DNA of 61,486 bases, the filler included, from Choristocarpus tenellus KU-1152 (taxonomy: Eukaryota; Protista; Phaeophyceae), in NCBI GenBank assembly GCA_964200185.2. It is 10 parts of 10 records of this genome, joined end to end, with 100 filler letters (N's around TTAATTAATTAA, not from the genome) between each part and the next. Parts side by side here need not be neighbours in the genome. Positions count along the whole stretch, not along the records: positions 47,822 to 51,968 come from CAXNAD020015983.1; positions 52,069 to 56,187 come from CAXNAD020016117.1; positions 56,288 to 61,486 come from CAXNAD020011533.1; 7 more parts are not named here. One strand, 5' to 3'. The first letter of the stretch is position 1. Each line of letters opens with the position of its first letter. Position numbers and translations under genes: made by a program. Shown here in pieces: positions 49,759-61,486 of this stretch. Under the pieces are notes generated by a model. It was given only the letters and a program-made list of their open reading frames with translations, ran no database searches and was not told where the DNA came from.

Positions 49759-50017
49759 GAGCTAAAGTGTCTTAGAGGGTAGAGCGGTGTCGAAATGGGG
49801 ATCAAACACCAAAATTGTGGTTTTTGTGCATATTTGGCTATGGTGTTTGTTAGCAAGTGTCAATATCATTGTTCTGGACGCACCTTTTTCATAACGTATA
49901 TATGTTCCTAGTTAGAAACGTTTCAGAATAGGTAAATGTCATAAATAAAGACATTAGAAGTCAAGCACTAAAGGGACAAGCAGGGAAAAACTCGTGCCCT
50001 TCAAGACACCTTCGCTC
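49759..50017 (+). mobile_element. Diverged MITE family A
   Basis: GAGCTAAAGTGTCTTAGAGGGTAG...CCCTTCAAGACACCTTCGCTC. Confidence 0.85.
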
Positions 50018-50322
50018 TGTTTGTTGCTCAGTTTAAATCTATCACTTACGTTTGTTTGTGTGCATGTGTTGGATGTTGTATGCAGTAAGACGTGGTTGTT
50101 GTCGCTGAGGGTGTTAGGGTTCAAGTTGTTGGTATGAGCTACGGCAAAAGGTGTAGACGGAATACTTAGTGTTTACGAGTGGTTATTGGTCAAGGAACAT
50201 TGTCGTACGTTCCAAGGAAAGTAGTTCAAGGTACACTTCCACAGGTTCTGGGCTGGTGCTGTGGTTAGGGGCATCGTCGGTGGACTTAGTTAGGCATATG
50301 ATCCCCTACGATTCGAATGACC

Positions 50323-50578
50323 GAGTCAAAGTACCTTAGAGGGTAGAGTCGCGTCCGTTTGGGGTCAAAACCCCATGTTGCGATTTTGGTGTAATTTTGG
50401 CTATCGTGTTTGTTCGGAACTATCAATATCCTTGTTCCGGACGCACCTTTTCATAACATACACATTTTTCCTACTTCAAACATTTTGGAGTAGGAAAATG
50501 TCATAAAAACCCTATGGGAAACCAAGCCCCAAATAGACAAACAGGGCAAAACTCGTACCCTCCAAGATACTTTCACTC
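50323..50578 (+). mobile_element. MITE family A
   Basis: TIRs intact; flanks share 3 bp (ACC). Confidence 0.9.
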
Positions 50579-51028
50579 ACCACACTTGATCGAAACTAGT
50601 TCGTCGACAGTTGGGCAAAGCAAGAGGTGGTGCATACAGTATGGAAAAGAATGGGGGGAGGTGCTTTATCGTATACAAGGAATAAATAATGGCTCACAGA
50701 AGGACAGGGTATTCATCGCTGCCCTGGTCGAATCGTTTGGGAAGGTTTGCCGCGCGGATGGAGAAGAGTTGTTTGATCGATGTATTATATATTAGGGCTG
50801 TCACATTGTAGCAGACACGCTTTTAAAAACAAATGATAAGACAGGTCTGATCCCCAACTTGAGTATATATATGATACGCTGACGACTCTGAAAGGTAGCT
50901 ATGTATCTTTTGTTCCACTATCTAAATGCAAAACTTGTGGGATGTAAAGTGCATGAAAATGAGAGTCGGACACCATGGAAAGATACACTGATGCAGAAAT
51001 CTGCACAACCTGCAACTCTACCCGTACT

Positions 51029-51968
51029 TCAACGGAAACCGGAACGACCGAAGCCCAATTTCAATTGCTGGGCGGACTCGAAATTGCATTTGTCACCCTT
51101 CTCCCACCACTCTGTAAGCTTAGGGTATGCCTCGACAAGAAGGTGCCACAGATTTAGGCGCATGGAGTACCTGGCATTCCAAGGCTCGGGCTTGACGAGG
51201 CTCAAGAAGGTAGCCTTCTTCGCCTGGAGCACTTCCACATGCTCGGGGCGCAACGTATTGCCTGCCTTCCCTCCACAATCGCCGAGTTTCACCTGTGTGG
51301 GCCCATGGACGTAGCACTCGTCCCCGAAAATAAGAGAAGCGGCCCCTTTACCGGCCTTCACGAGCCTGAACCCATGATCGTAAATGACTTGGGTTAGGAT
51401 TTGCGTCTGCACTCGATACTGTGCAGAAGCAGGTTTCGTTGCAGATCGTAGGAGCTCGGTGATGCACGCCTCCATGAAGGATTCGGTAATCCCCACATCG
51501 GATGCATCGCCGGAGTCGGCCGCGTCCTGTGTGACGCAATCCTCCTCACCACGAGATGATCTTTGGTTGTCACCGTCATCCCTCGATGTGGGTGAACATG
51601 GATGTACCGTACATCTGCCCATTTTGGCAGAAGCGAAGACGTCGTCGAGGAAACCAGGTTCTAATGCGCTGCCATCAGGGTCAACAGGCTGTTTCAAAGG
51701 TCGTATCTGTCCAGCATCTTCTCTCGCCCTCTTTTTCGTACTTAGTGTTCTAGAACCCTGGACTTCGCCATCCTCGGAAGGCTTGCCCCTCTGGGTTGTG
51801 GAACTGTCACGGTTCTCAATTGGCCTCACACCATGGTCATACATGTTCCCTGGCACCTTTGCCTCATCGTCGCCGCTGCCCACCGAATGGGCGTTCGGGT
51901 ACATCCCTGTGTCACTCCGGACAGGCGTGTACTCCGAGTCCTTGCCTCGCCACCCCCTCACGTCCTCC
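51029..51968 (-). CDS. Orphan ORF, 5'-truncated by spacer: disordered N-part and ~150-aa globular C-terminal domain
   Basis: At least 310 open codons, CpG-rich; C-terminus PWNARYSMRLNLWHLLVEAYPKLTEWW looks structured; no family recognised. Confidence 0.55.
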
Positions 51969-53602
51969 NNNNNNNNNNNNNNNNNNNNNNNNNNNNNNNN
52001 NNNNNNNNNNNNTTAATTAATTAANNNNNNNNNNNNNNNNNNNNNNNNNNNNNNNNNNNNNNNNNNNNAAACCGTTTTCGCAAAACAACCATCCTCCTAG
52101 TCCCGCGCCATCCTCAATTTTGAGGATCCCCTGTTAGCGGGAGGTTATAGCAGGAAAGGATTAGTAGATAAATCCTAGCTACGCCGAATTGTCTCGGTAA
52201 CTACGCAAGTGGCACTGCCTAAACGTGTCATTCATTTTGCTGGAGTCACCAGGGAGATGGGTACGGAGAGGTGTATTGGATTCTTGTGATACCTCCCTAG
52301 CTCCTCCCCGCGGGGTACAGGTATAGGTAGATTGGAGACACAGGAAGGCAGTAGTCCAATATAGATAGTGAATTAACAAATAGATAGTATCTTTCGCATT
52401 TATGACCTTTTATTTCTTTAGGGCTTAAACCGACAATGTGAATAGTTTCCATTGGTGGTTCCCCCCCTGACACATCTCCAAAATGTCAGAGGGCATAATA
52501 ATAAAAATAATATGGTACGTACGGTAATAACTACAAATGAATATTTATCGAAGTGAAGGTACGGTAATTCTGGAATTACCACATCAAGATATGGTAGCGA
52601 CCACCATCTTGAAGATCCTACAGTATCATAGATTGCCGTCCACTACTGCACTCATCAACGTGACGAGCCTTGGTGTGTTGCTCAACTCCAAGAATTTCTA
52701 GAGTAAATTGTGATCGAGGCCTTCCTAAATTTTAATTAGCACAAAAGCTTCTACTATCTCACCTGAAAGAATTGCTATCCTCCTCTTGAGGAGGTACATG
52801 ATACTGAAAGAGTTACATAGGTTCTTGCATTGATTGTGGGGCAGATGCTCCATGGAGCAATTTCTACCAGAGAGGGAGTACTTTGATACAGTGATGGTCC
52901 TGCAGGTTACCTTGAGCACCGCCAAGATACATCTGGGATGCTCCATCAAGGTGTGATGAGGCAGTAATACCATGTTTGATATTGGAAGCCTTGTCCATTA
53001 GTTTTTTAGGTAGTCCACAGGAAGTCCATCAATGTCAAGCACACACCAAGGTGGAACTTTGGATGAGGAAACAGGATGGTATGTATGTGGTGGGTGATTG
53101 ATACACATTAAGAGAAGTTCTCAGGAAAGGAAGGGGAAAAGACCTGTGTTGGTGGGACTGATTGAGCGTTTGAGACACAACACAATTATTCAACAGAGAG
53201 GACCAAATTAATCCAGAGAGCTTGTTACTCACAAACCCTAAAAAGGGTTGGTGCACTACCTACAAGTTTGTTGAATGAAGAAGTCAGGCAACCAAACCTC
53301 CTCATAATCACTATCCTTGTAGATGACGGATCACTATAGTAAGACAGGAAGAGGCCCAGCAATGAAATATCAACTTCATAGTACTGTACAGTTCATAGTA
53401 CTATGACAAGGGCTCTCAAATCTTTCAATTTTGCTGAACAACAACTAAACCAACATCGCATTTTCAGTTAGACCTGCTAGATAATTATTGCACTGATTGT
53501 TGTTTCCACATGAAGTTTCTCCGAGCCTTGTCAGATCCAAGTCACCCCCTATATTACCATCCACATTTGTCATTTTCTATCTGTTGCCAGCCCTTGTTCC
53601 AG

Positions 53603-56187
53603 TCACCCCTCAGAAACTTTCCCCCCATCATCACCCTTGGGAGGGCATCCCGCCAAACCTACCCAGTATGGACCAGACTTTTGATCTAAAATGCGGAAGA
53701 GTGCACCAAGTAGTCTTCCAATAAACATCCCAGTGATTCCCCCCCATAAGCCAATCACACCCCATGCCGGAGCATGCTTTCCCATCCACAACATAAACCA
53801 TATCGAAAGGGCACTTGTAACTGTTGTTGAAGTAGCCAGCCAACGGAACTGCAAGGTAGGTGAGAGATTATGGTATCAAAAGAGTGCTTGTGTGAGAGTC
53901 AAAGTATGTATAATAAGGAGAACAAATGAAAACACAAGTCCCCGAGGGACTGGGAGAGATACCCAGGGTGGGAAGGAGTTTGGGGTCAATAACTGTGACT
54001 TGCGCTGGAGGATACAGTGCTTGCTTTGGTCAGATTTTCTTCAATGTTTCAAAATTTGTGCTTCTCCTAGTTTTGAACCTACCAGGAGGTTTCAAGCATC
54101 CGGTCAACTCCAGGCTAGAGACCAAAACACACAGTATGAATTACAGTAAGGAAACCAATATATTGTCTAGAATGAGTAAAGTCTAACTCAAACGGACTGA
54201 ACAAAGTAGGGCCTAACCCCTGCCCTCACCTGCCCAGCACCAACCAGGAGACCCTCTGTGACAAGTGTTAGGGCAACGAGCGGCTGCAGTACGGCCAGTA
54301 GGGGTACAAGGTTGCCCAGACGGCGCAGCAGTTCAGGATCAGAGGTGAACCACTTTGGGACCACACCTCCTGAAGCTAGCAGCAACCCCCCTAGTCCCAA
54401 GCTACACCCCAGAGTCAGTGACACCACACGGCACCCCATGGCTCTTGCTGTTTCCAGGCGACCTTGGGACAGGTACCTGTAGCGCACAGTAGAGGATAGA
54501 CGAAGTGTATCTATCAGCTGAAGCCCATGAACGACAAGAGATCAAACCCGAAGGTTACCAAGGGTATGTATGACGGCACAGGCGTTACGATCTGTGGGTA
54601 CCGAGAGCGGATGGGATGTAAGGTGAGTTCGTGTGCGGTGGTCCCAACGCCCACCTTGCACCCAAGACTTGTGCTGCAATGGACGGTGCTTCTGCCACAA
54701 GCGCAAAGAGAAGCCAAAGTGACAGCGTGACCTAACCCCAGCCAAGTGAGGATGTGAGAGCGCATTAAGGAGAGTACGATTGGGTCGGGTGGGTGGGGCA
54801 AGGCGAGAGATCAGGAAGGGGTGGCGTGTTGGGGGATGATATGATACTGCTTACTTCACTGATGGGGGAACGGGATTAGGGGATGTCTCAGGCGTTTTCG
54901 TGCCTAGCGCAGCTCGATCTCACACACCCGTTCATAAAGGCACGGGGGGGACATACGTAACATTTCCGCCATTTGTCTAAAAAAAACAAAACATTACAAG
55001 CCCCGTAGCTTGTCTCAAGCAACACAGGCAGCTGCACTGCAGCACCAGCACTGCAGCAACACATGATCGGCTTGGAGTAAGAAGAAAACAGGTGTAGCAG
55101 GGCTTTTCGGCTGGAGACGAGATCAACGAGGAAGCAGGCGTTCCATTTACCAACAACAATGCAGCTGTGCAGTGAGCAAAATGTGCCGTTGAATCTGTGC
55201 AGACATACCTGATGCGCTCCAACTGCGGCAGCTGACATACGCGTGGCGACAGCTGTTGCCAACGCCCAGCAGGACATCAGAGACACTGTCCTGGTGGCAA
55301 AGGGAATCGGTGAAACAACAGACACACTATGATGAAGAACAGGAAAGAATACGAGAACCAGCAGAGTGCACACAGCACACGGATCTACAAGTCCACACTG
55401 TTTCGAAGAGGGCCGGGTGTTAAAAATAAAAAGCCCGCGAATCGTCGTTCCCAGCAGTCAAGCAAGAATCTTGGATGCAACAGATGAACGCATTATTCAA
55501 TCTCAGACCACCTGCTATCAAAGATGTGATCGTAAACCACCACCACTCCCACTCCCACAGTCTGTTGTTGACCATAAAAATCTCCCCCGCCAAGTCAATA
55601 ACCGAACGTCTCCCTGGCACTTACCTCAGCAGCATGGCAGCATTGGCTGAGAGTATGGTGCCCAAAAGAGCCAGTGCCCTAACGCTTTCACCGTCGTCCT
55701 TGGGCCTCCTCGTCCGTCGACTCTTCTGAAAAAAAAAGGGAACGCACATAGTCCCCCGCCGAGCCCCTCGCCACAGCATGGTTCCATATATGCTGGCAGC
55801 TAGATACTGCGCCATGGCTGTAGCCCCCGCCGCCCCTGAGATACAAGGGTATTGGATGTGCTGCCGTGGGACATGAAGGAGGAGTCCAAAAACAATAGAG
55901 TATGGGGTGAAACAACGATGGAATATATTTCACTGTTTTCAAGTACCGTCATAGTGCACCAGTCGATGGTCCCCCTCCCCCCCGGCCCCTGGTGACATGT
56001 ATAGGCTCAGGAGCCCCGAGTCAAACCTGCTATACCCATTCGAGCCGGGAACATCAAGATGGGGTCAAGGATCGAGTTGGCAACAGCAGCCGATAGAGCA
56101 GCATTTGCAGGGGCACGGGTATTAGCATGCCCTCGGAACACACCCTCACTGACCATGATGAACATGACGGCAGGTGCAGCCAGAGCC
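53603..56187 (-). CDS. MATE efflux transporter (DinF/DTX-like), 5'-truncated; exons 56187-56027, 55835-55625, 55290-55209, 54731-54655, 54476-54230, 53848-53603
   Basis: EGVFRGHANTRAP, NSILDPILMF...GIAGAAGATAMAQY, AVGAHQV, AAQVLGARYL, FTSDPELL, EGLLVGAGQF and GLWGGI; in-phase GT-AG junctions. Confidence 0.92.
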
Positions 56188-59117
56188 NNNNNNNNNNNNN
56201 NNNNNNNNNNNNNNNNNNNNNNNNNNNNNNNTTAATTAATTAANNNNNNNNNNNNNNNNNNNNNNNNNNNNNNNNNNNNNNNNNNNNGGGGAGGGGGGGG
56301 GGGGGTGGGGGTGCGGGTGGAGGGGGGGGGGGCGTGGGAATGTTCTATGATGCTGGTGGCAGTGGTGGTGGTCCCATGGGGTTGGGCATGGGGGGCGGTA
56401 TGCTGGAGGTAAGAGATGTCGGGGAAGGCTAAGCATGTCTTTTTGGGGCTGGATAATTTTGGGTGGGTAGAGATGGAGTGATGTGGGCAAAGTTGATTGA
56501 GAGGAAGAGCATTGGAGAGGATCCTTGCATCAAGGCCTACTTCTTGTATTTGGGGAAGGCAGGAGCCTGGTGAGGTGTTTCATGGCCACATGTTTCCCTC
56601 TCAAGGGTATTGCTGATTGTAGGAAATGATAGTTTGTTGACCACCCTAGATTTTAATCAACTAATTGTACTGCTATGGAGGGACAATTTACTTTGGATCG
56701 AGATGTTACCAAAGATCCAAAGCATTTTTGAGAGAGGGATAGAAACTGATGTTTTTGCTATCCCCATAAGGCCCTTTCTGACTGATATCAGACCTTGATC
56801 ATTTTAAACAACCGAGCACACACCCACATCCACTGGCACACATGATCAAGTGCCCTGCCAACGTCTGTGGTAAAGTGTCACTCTCTTATGCACATACCAC
56901 CCTTGATACACATAATCCAAGCCTACTTCTAACCAAAACCCTGAACATGCCTTCATCTTTTCCTTAAGGATGATGAGCATGGAGGGGGGGGAGCCAATGC
57001 CCAGCAGCCCTCAGAAGGAGGAGGAGGATCGTCTAATGCTGGTCTTTTTGGGGATGAAATGGACACCATGTTGTGAAGGACAAAAGGCTAGAGTAGGGGG
57101 CATTGGGGGCAACTAATTGGTCCCTGCTCACTGGCGACAATGTGTTGTAGCACATGCTTGGTTTCATTTCCATGTTGGATAGTAGGCACTGCAATGCTTG
57201 GTGGATCGCTCCATTGACTTTGTGCGTTTTTTCCCAGCCCTGATCGCCTGCCCCTCCTTCAACTGAGAGACTTCATTAATGAGTGCAGCTTCTTACGTTT
57301 TTTGAAGGGTGACAGGTGTATGTGCACTGCTTTGAGTGTGGAAGCAGTTCGGTAGTTGGTGGAGGCAGAAGAGGTGTTGGAGGTTCCTGCATGATCCACA
57401 AGTGGGATGGTTGTCTTGGAGAGTTTGATACAAGAAGTGTTGGTTTTGCAATTAGGTCTATCCGAATGAGTGCTCCATAACATTCATCTGTGCTACACTT
57501 CCTGGCCTCAATCAACCTCAATCTTTACTGCAACCTTGGCAATGTAGTGTGTGTTTTCTTTTAGTAGTGAATTATGTGTTTGTGTGTGTTAACGTTTCAG
57601 TTTGGCATTCACTTGACTTGCACATCTATCTGTGTTTGTTTTATGCTGCAGACCTGTTACCGTTGTGTAGACCTCTGCTGTGCTGGGAATGCTAGCTAGA
57701 AACAAAATAGATGGGTGTGTTGTGCTTGTGTGAGTACGTGTTTTTGTGGCTAATCTTTATGTGGGGTCTGCTGTATAATCTTGCCCAGTGTGTTTTGGTA
57801 GTGTACTTTTTTGCCCCTCTTTGCTCTGTTCATGAAGATTAATTGACCCATACCAAACTATTTTTGAGTAGTTCAAATTTTGGGGAGTAGAGGATCAGAT
57901 CCTGTGCTATGGTCCTCGAATAAACCAGTGTAATGTTCAGTATTAAACAGCTGTGACTGACATGGAAGTTGGCAGTGTATAGAGACTGTCAAACATTGAG
58001 TTACTGTAAGTTGTGTCTAGTGGGGTGAATGCCCATGGATTAAGGCAGGTAGCTTTCCAGCCTTGGATTTGTCAAACGTTGGGATCCCATTGTACCATGG
58101 CAGTAAGCCACTGCGATAAACTGCCCTAGTGGTATAATAGTATCTTACTGTTTGACAGAGACAACCCCATACAATAATCGACCTCCCAACAGTTGGAGCC
58201 ATACGGGTTGGAATATTTGCAATGAGATACGAAAACTGAACGTTTTGAACCCAATTTGGAATTTTGAGGCCCGGTATGAAATTTCCTATAAATTGTTTTA
58301 TTTGGTCGTTGTATTTTATGAGACGGAAGTGATACGGAATTTATCATGCAGCCTGTCGTGCGTGTGCGCACGCTCTTGTTATTGTTCTACTGTACCTGCT
58401 CCATTCTGTTGTTGGGTGAATGGTGGATTAGACTACATGTAATTACATTTTAAGATTCTTCGATACACCAAACTGTCAACATGTTGGCATTTTAAGGTCA
58501 ATATGGAACACTACATTGTTTGCTTTGCTCACGAATTCTGGATTATTATTATTCTATGTTCGCATTCCACCCATTCACCTCCCCGTTGTATCACCCCGTG
58601 TGACCAACCAGTACGAACCACTTCGCCACTGATTTCCAGTCATCAGCCACCTCTGATCGCCAACCAGTGTGACCCTTCGCCATTGATTTCTAGTCGCCAC
58701 CCCACACCATTCAAAACCACTCCCCCCCACAACACTTTCCACCACTACTTTCTGGTTCCCCACACCACTCAACCCCCCATCACATTCCACCACTTTCCAC
58801 TCCCTCACAACGCTCCACAATCATCCAAGAACACCCCTTCATCATCCACTACATACCATGCCTTTGAACTAGAAGACAGCTACCCTGCCCGAACTTGCCC
58901 TCCCCGTGCTACCCAACCTCCCAGTCGGTTGTGAGCAAGCAAAAATGTGGATGGGAGAGATTGCTCAGAGGTTGTCTTGTTCTAGCCCTTCTTGTCCCGT
59001 ACCCCCAGCCTCAGGTTTTCCTTATGTTCTGACCATTCCTTCCTACCTTGTGTTTCCACCTACCACCTAAATATTTTAACTTATCTCCCACCCCTTCTGC
59101 CTCCTAGTCACTCAGTA

Positions 59118-60060
59118 CAGAGGGTGTACCTCTATAAGAGAGGGTAGAGACAAGAAAAAAAAAAACTCTCTTATTGTATCTAAGAGCGCTTTTCTCTTAA
59201 ACCGAGGGATCGTGATAAGAGAAACCTATGCTTTATCAACCAACAGTGCTCTGTAGCTACACGTAGACATGTATTGAACATTGCACTTGGCGAGCTCATT
59301 TCGATGAAGCTGTGGTGGTGCACCAAGCACCACATCTACACCACCCCTGTACAGTATACCAGTGTTGTATGTATACAGTACTGTAACTTTGGTAAGTTAT
59401 ACTAATTACGATGTATTCACTCATATGTATAGTACACTTTCTCAAGAAAAGCATCCGCAAGCCGTTGGATGGCTGGACAGACGACTTGCAGTTCAAATCA
59501 AATCAACATTCAAAGCCAATTTCCGTCCAATTCCTTGCCCTACGTACTCAATTGCACTCTTCAAGGATATACACTACAGTACCAAAAACGCCACTTGTGG
59601 ATAAAATGCAGCTGCACCACTATGCACCCCCCATCGCACGCACTTAGTAAAACTACTCATTCACTAATAAAAAAAATCGCACATGTCCACTTGTTTGATT
59701 GCCCTTGTACCGCTTGCGCTGAGTCAAGCCAGCTTTGCTTTCTGGAGATAGTATGAAACACCGTTCGTCCCACACTCTTTGGTGGTTGTTTCCAAGTCTG
59801 CAAAATCGTCAGCTACTTGAGAGTACGGCAGTGGAGGAATCGAGAACACTAAAAGGCCTCACGGCCCCCAATGAGCTGCCCCCTCCCACAAACCCATTGT
59901 CATACTCATCACCCGAGCTTTCATTGTCTGACTGGTACAAGGATTCCTCGAGCAGCTGGTCTTTCATGTCCTCTACTATCGCATTGGTCACTTTATCATT
60001 ATCATTGTCTCTCATGTCCCCTGTACTTAACTCTTTGTCCACCCTTTGATATTTTTATTT
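59118..60060 (-). mobile_element. pogo/Tigger-like transposon 3' remnant (TIR plus decayed acidic transposase tail)
   Basis: TA|CAGAGGGTGTACCTCTATAAGAGAGG terminus; acidic ORF 59809-60042; then YYLQKAKLA*LSASGTRAIKQVDMCDFFY* with a PIP-box-like end. Confidence 0.65.
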
Positions 60061-60336
60061 TTTCCTGATCACTCTCCCTCCCCTATACGTCGTCAGTCCT
60101 ACCAGAATTCTCCCACCCACAAAACTCAGATTACATCAAAAACTTCCGCTTGATATCCTACTGCACCTACCCCATCTTCTTATTGCCTTCACTAGTTCGC
60201 CAGAATATTTGTGTTGACGATTTCTTGTAGATGTCAAACGCTCACCAACATGTGTTCTTATTCTGAAAATTCAATACTATAAAATCAACACAATATCATC
60301 CTTCCGAACACGTCAGAATCAGGGATGAAATACTTA

Positions 60337-61486
60337 GAGTGGGTGTACCTTATAAGAGAGGTCGATATAAGAGAAAACGGGACATAAGAGAGGGTAAATT
60401 GCCTTGTCACAACTTTTCAGGGTATAAGAGAGGTTTCGGTATTTTCTCCCTAATTCTCTCTTACATCGAGCAAATCCGCATTTTTTTCACTACTTGATGG
60501 AGGAGTTGAACAAAAAGTCATGTGTAAAGTTACGGACAATATAACAAGCCACGAACCTGCTCAAGACCAGCAATACACAGCACAGTAGACTCTTGTCTCT
60601 CAGTACTGCACAGTACAGTACATACAGTATATCACATCAAGTTTAGGCGATTGCATTGTACAGATACATAACGATGCCCTGCGCAGCGGGATTCAGCTGC
60701 GCAACATACAGGGTAATACTCCTGGTCCCCACCACACTATACATGCCGTAAGTGTCGTGTTTGTAACGACTATCTTCATCATGGCATTTGCGGCGTCGTA
60801 TATCCTTTTGGCGCCAGCAAAATGAAACTTGTGTACAAATTGTGCATGAGTTTTAAGCGCAAGGCTTCGAGTCCTCCAGTCGGTGACAACACGGCATCGA
60901 AGTGCCACAATAACATGAACAAGGGCAAGAGTGAAATTGTATTAGAGGGTACGAGTTTTGCTCTGTTTGTCCATTTGGGACTTGACTTCCCATGGGTTAT
61001 TTTATGACATTTTCCTACTACTACCCCAAAATGTTTCAGAGTAAGTAAAAAGATGTATACGTTAATGAAAAGGTGTGTCTGTCCAGAACAAGGATATTGA
61101 CACTTCCTAACAAACACGATAGCCAATTTTTCATCAAAATCCCAACTTTGAATTTTGCTCCCCAAATGAACGCGGCCCTACCCTTAAAGTACTTTGGCTC
61201 GCAAAGGGAAGGTGCTGCCAAATATATCTACAGAGAAAGCCGTGTCCTACAAGCTTTGCAGTGCCGACGATCGTAAATGCTTGAGCTCTGCAGAGAAGGT
61301 GGAAGCGTTGACACACCTTAAGACCATGGCGGGAACTGCGGTTGCTCAAAAAATTGCAATCGGTCGCAGCACCCTCTACAAGTGGAAGGAGGAGGCAACA
61401 ACCATCATGAAGAAAGTGTGCAAATTTACCTTGGGAGGTGATGCTATTTGTTAGTAGTAAAGATAAGAAGGTGTGGCGCCTCACAC
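60337..61486 (+). mobile_element. pogo/Tigger-like transposon 5' part with psq/CENP-B-type HTH exon interrupted by a MITE
   Basis: Terminus TA|GAGTGGGTGTACCTTATAAGAGAGG with repeated ATAAGAGA; RKCLSSAEKVEALTHLKTMAGTAVAQKIAIGRSTLYKWK matches HTH_psq-type domains. Confidence 0.75.
60929..61200 (-). mobile_element. MITE family A, inverted, TSD GCAA, inserted in the pogo transposase ORF
   Basis: GCAA flanks both ends; TIRs recognisable. Confidence 0.92.

Noticed and set aside
51384-52016. Long plus-strand ORF (similarly 7327-7770 and 32598-32936)
   Set aside because: Ser/Pro-rich antisense shadows of coding sequence on the opposite strand.

Overview
Eukaryotic, intron-rich, CpG-depleted DNA. 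It is most consistent with a photosynthetic stramenopile (brown-alga-like): bipartite signal-peptide+F plastid presequences, flagellar genes and TTAGGG repeats are present; this assignment is inference. The window is not one continuous locus. Ten contigs are joined by identical 100-nt artificial spacers (N44-TTAATTAATTAA-N44), and element ends on either side of some spacers are incompatible. Genes reconstructed by hand from splice sites: a METTL13/EEF1AKMT4-like methyltransferase, an orphan multi-exon gene, the 5' part of a plastid-targeted IPP isomerase head-to-head with a plastid-targeted 2Fe-2S protein, the 3' part of CC2D2A/MKS6, a tandem-BTB protein, the 3' part of IQCA1/DRC11, a ZU5-like protein with an HF|T autoproteolysis motif, an orphan ORF, and a MATE transporter. 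Mobile DNA: over 20 copies or fragments of three related MITE families sharing GR-x-x-x-AAAGTA termini (3- or 4-bp target duplications), a decayed Ty1/copia pol, and two pogo/Tigger remnants. The best candidate for an undescribed system is the ZU5(HF|T) + beta-hairpin protein at 44458-45426, a possible self-cleaving FIIND/PIDD-like effector. No rRNA, tRNA or CRISPR array was recognised.
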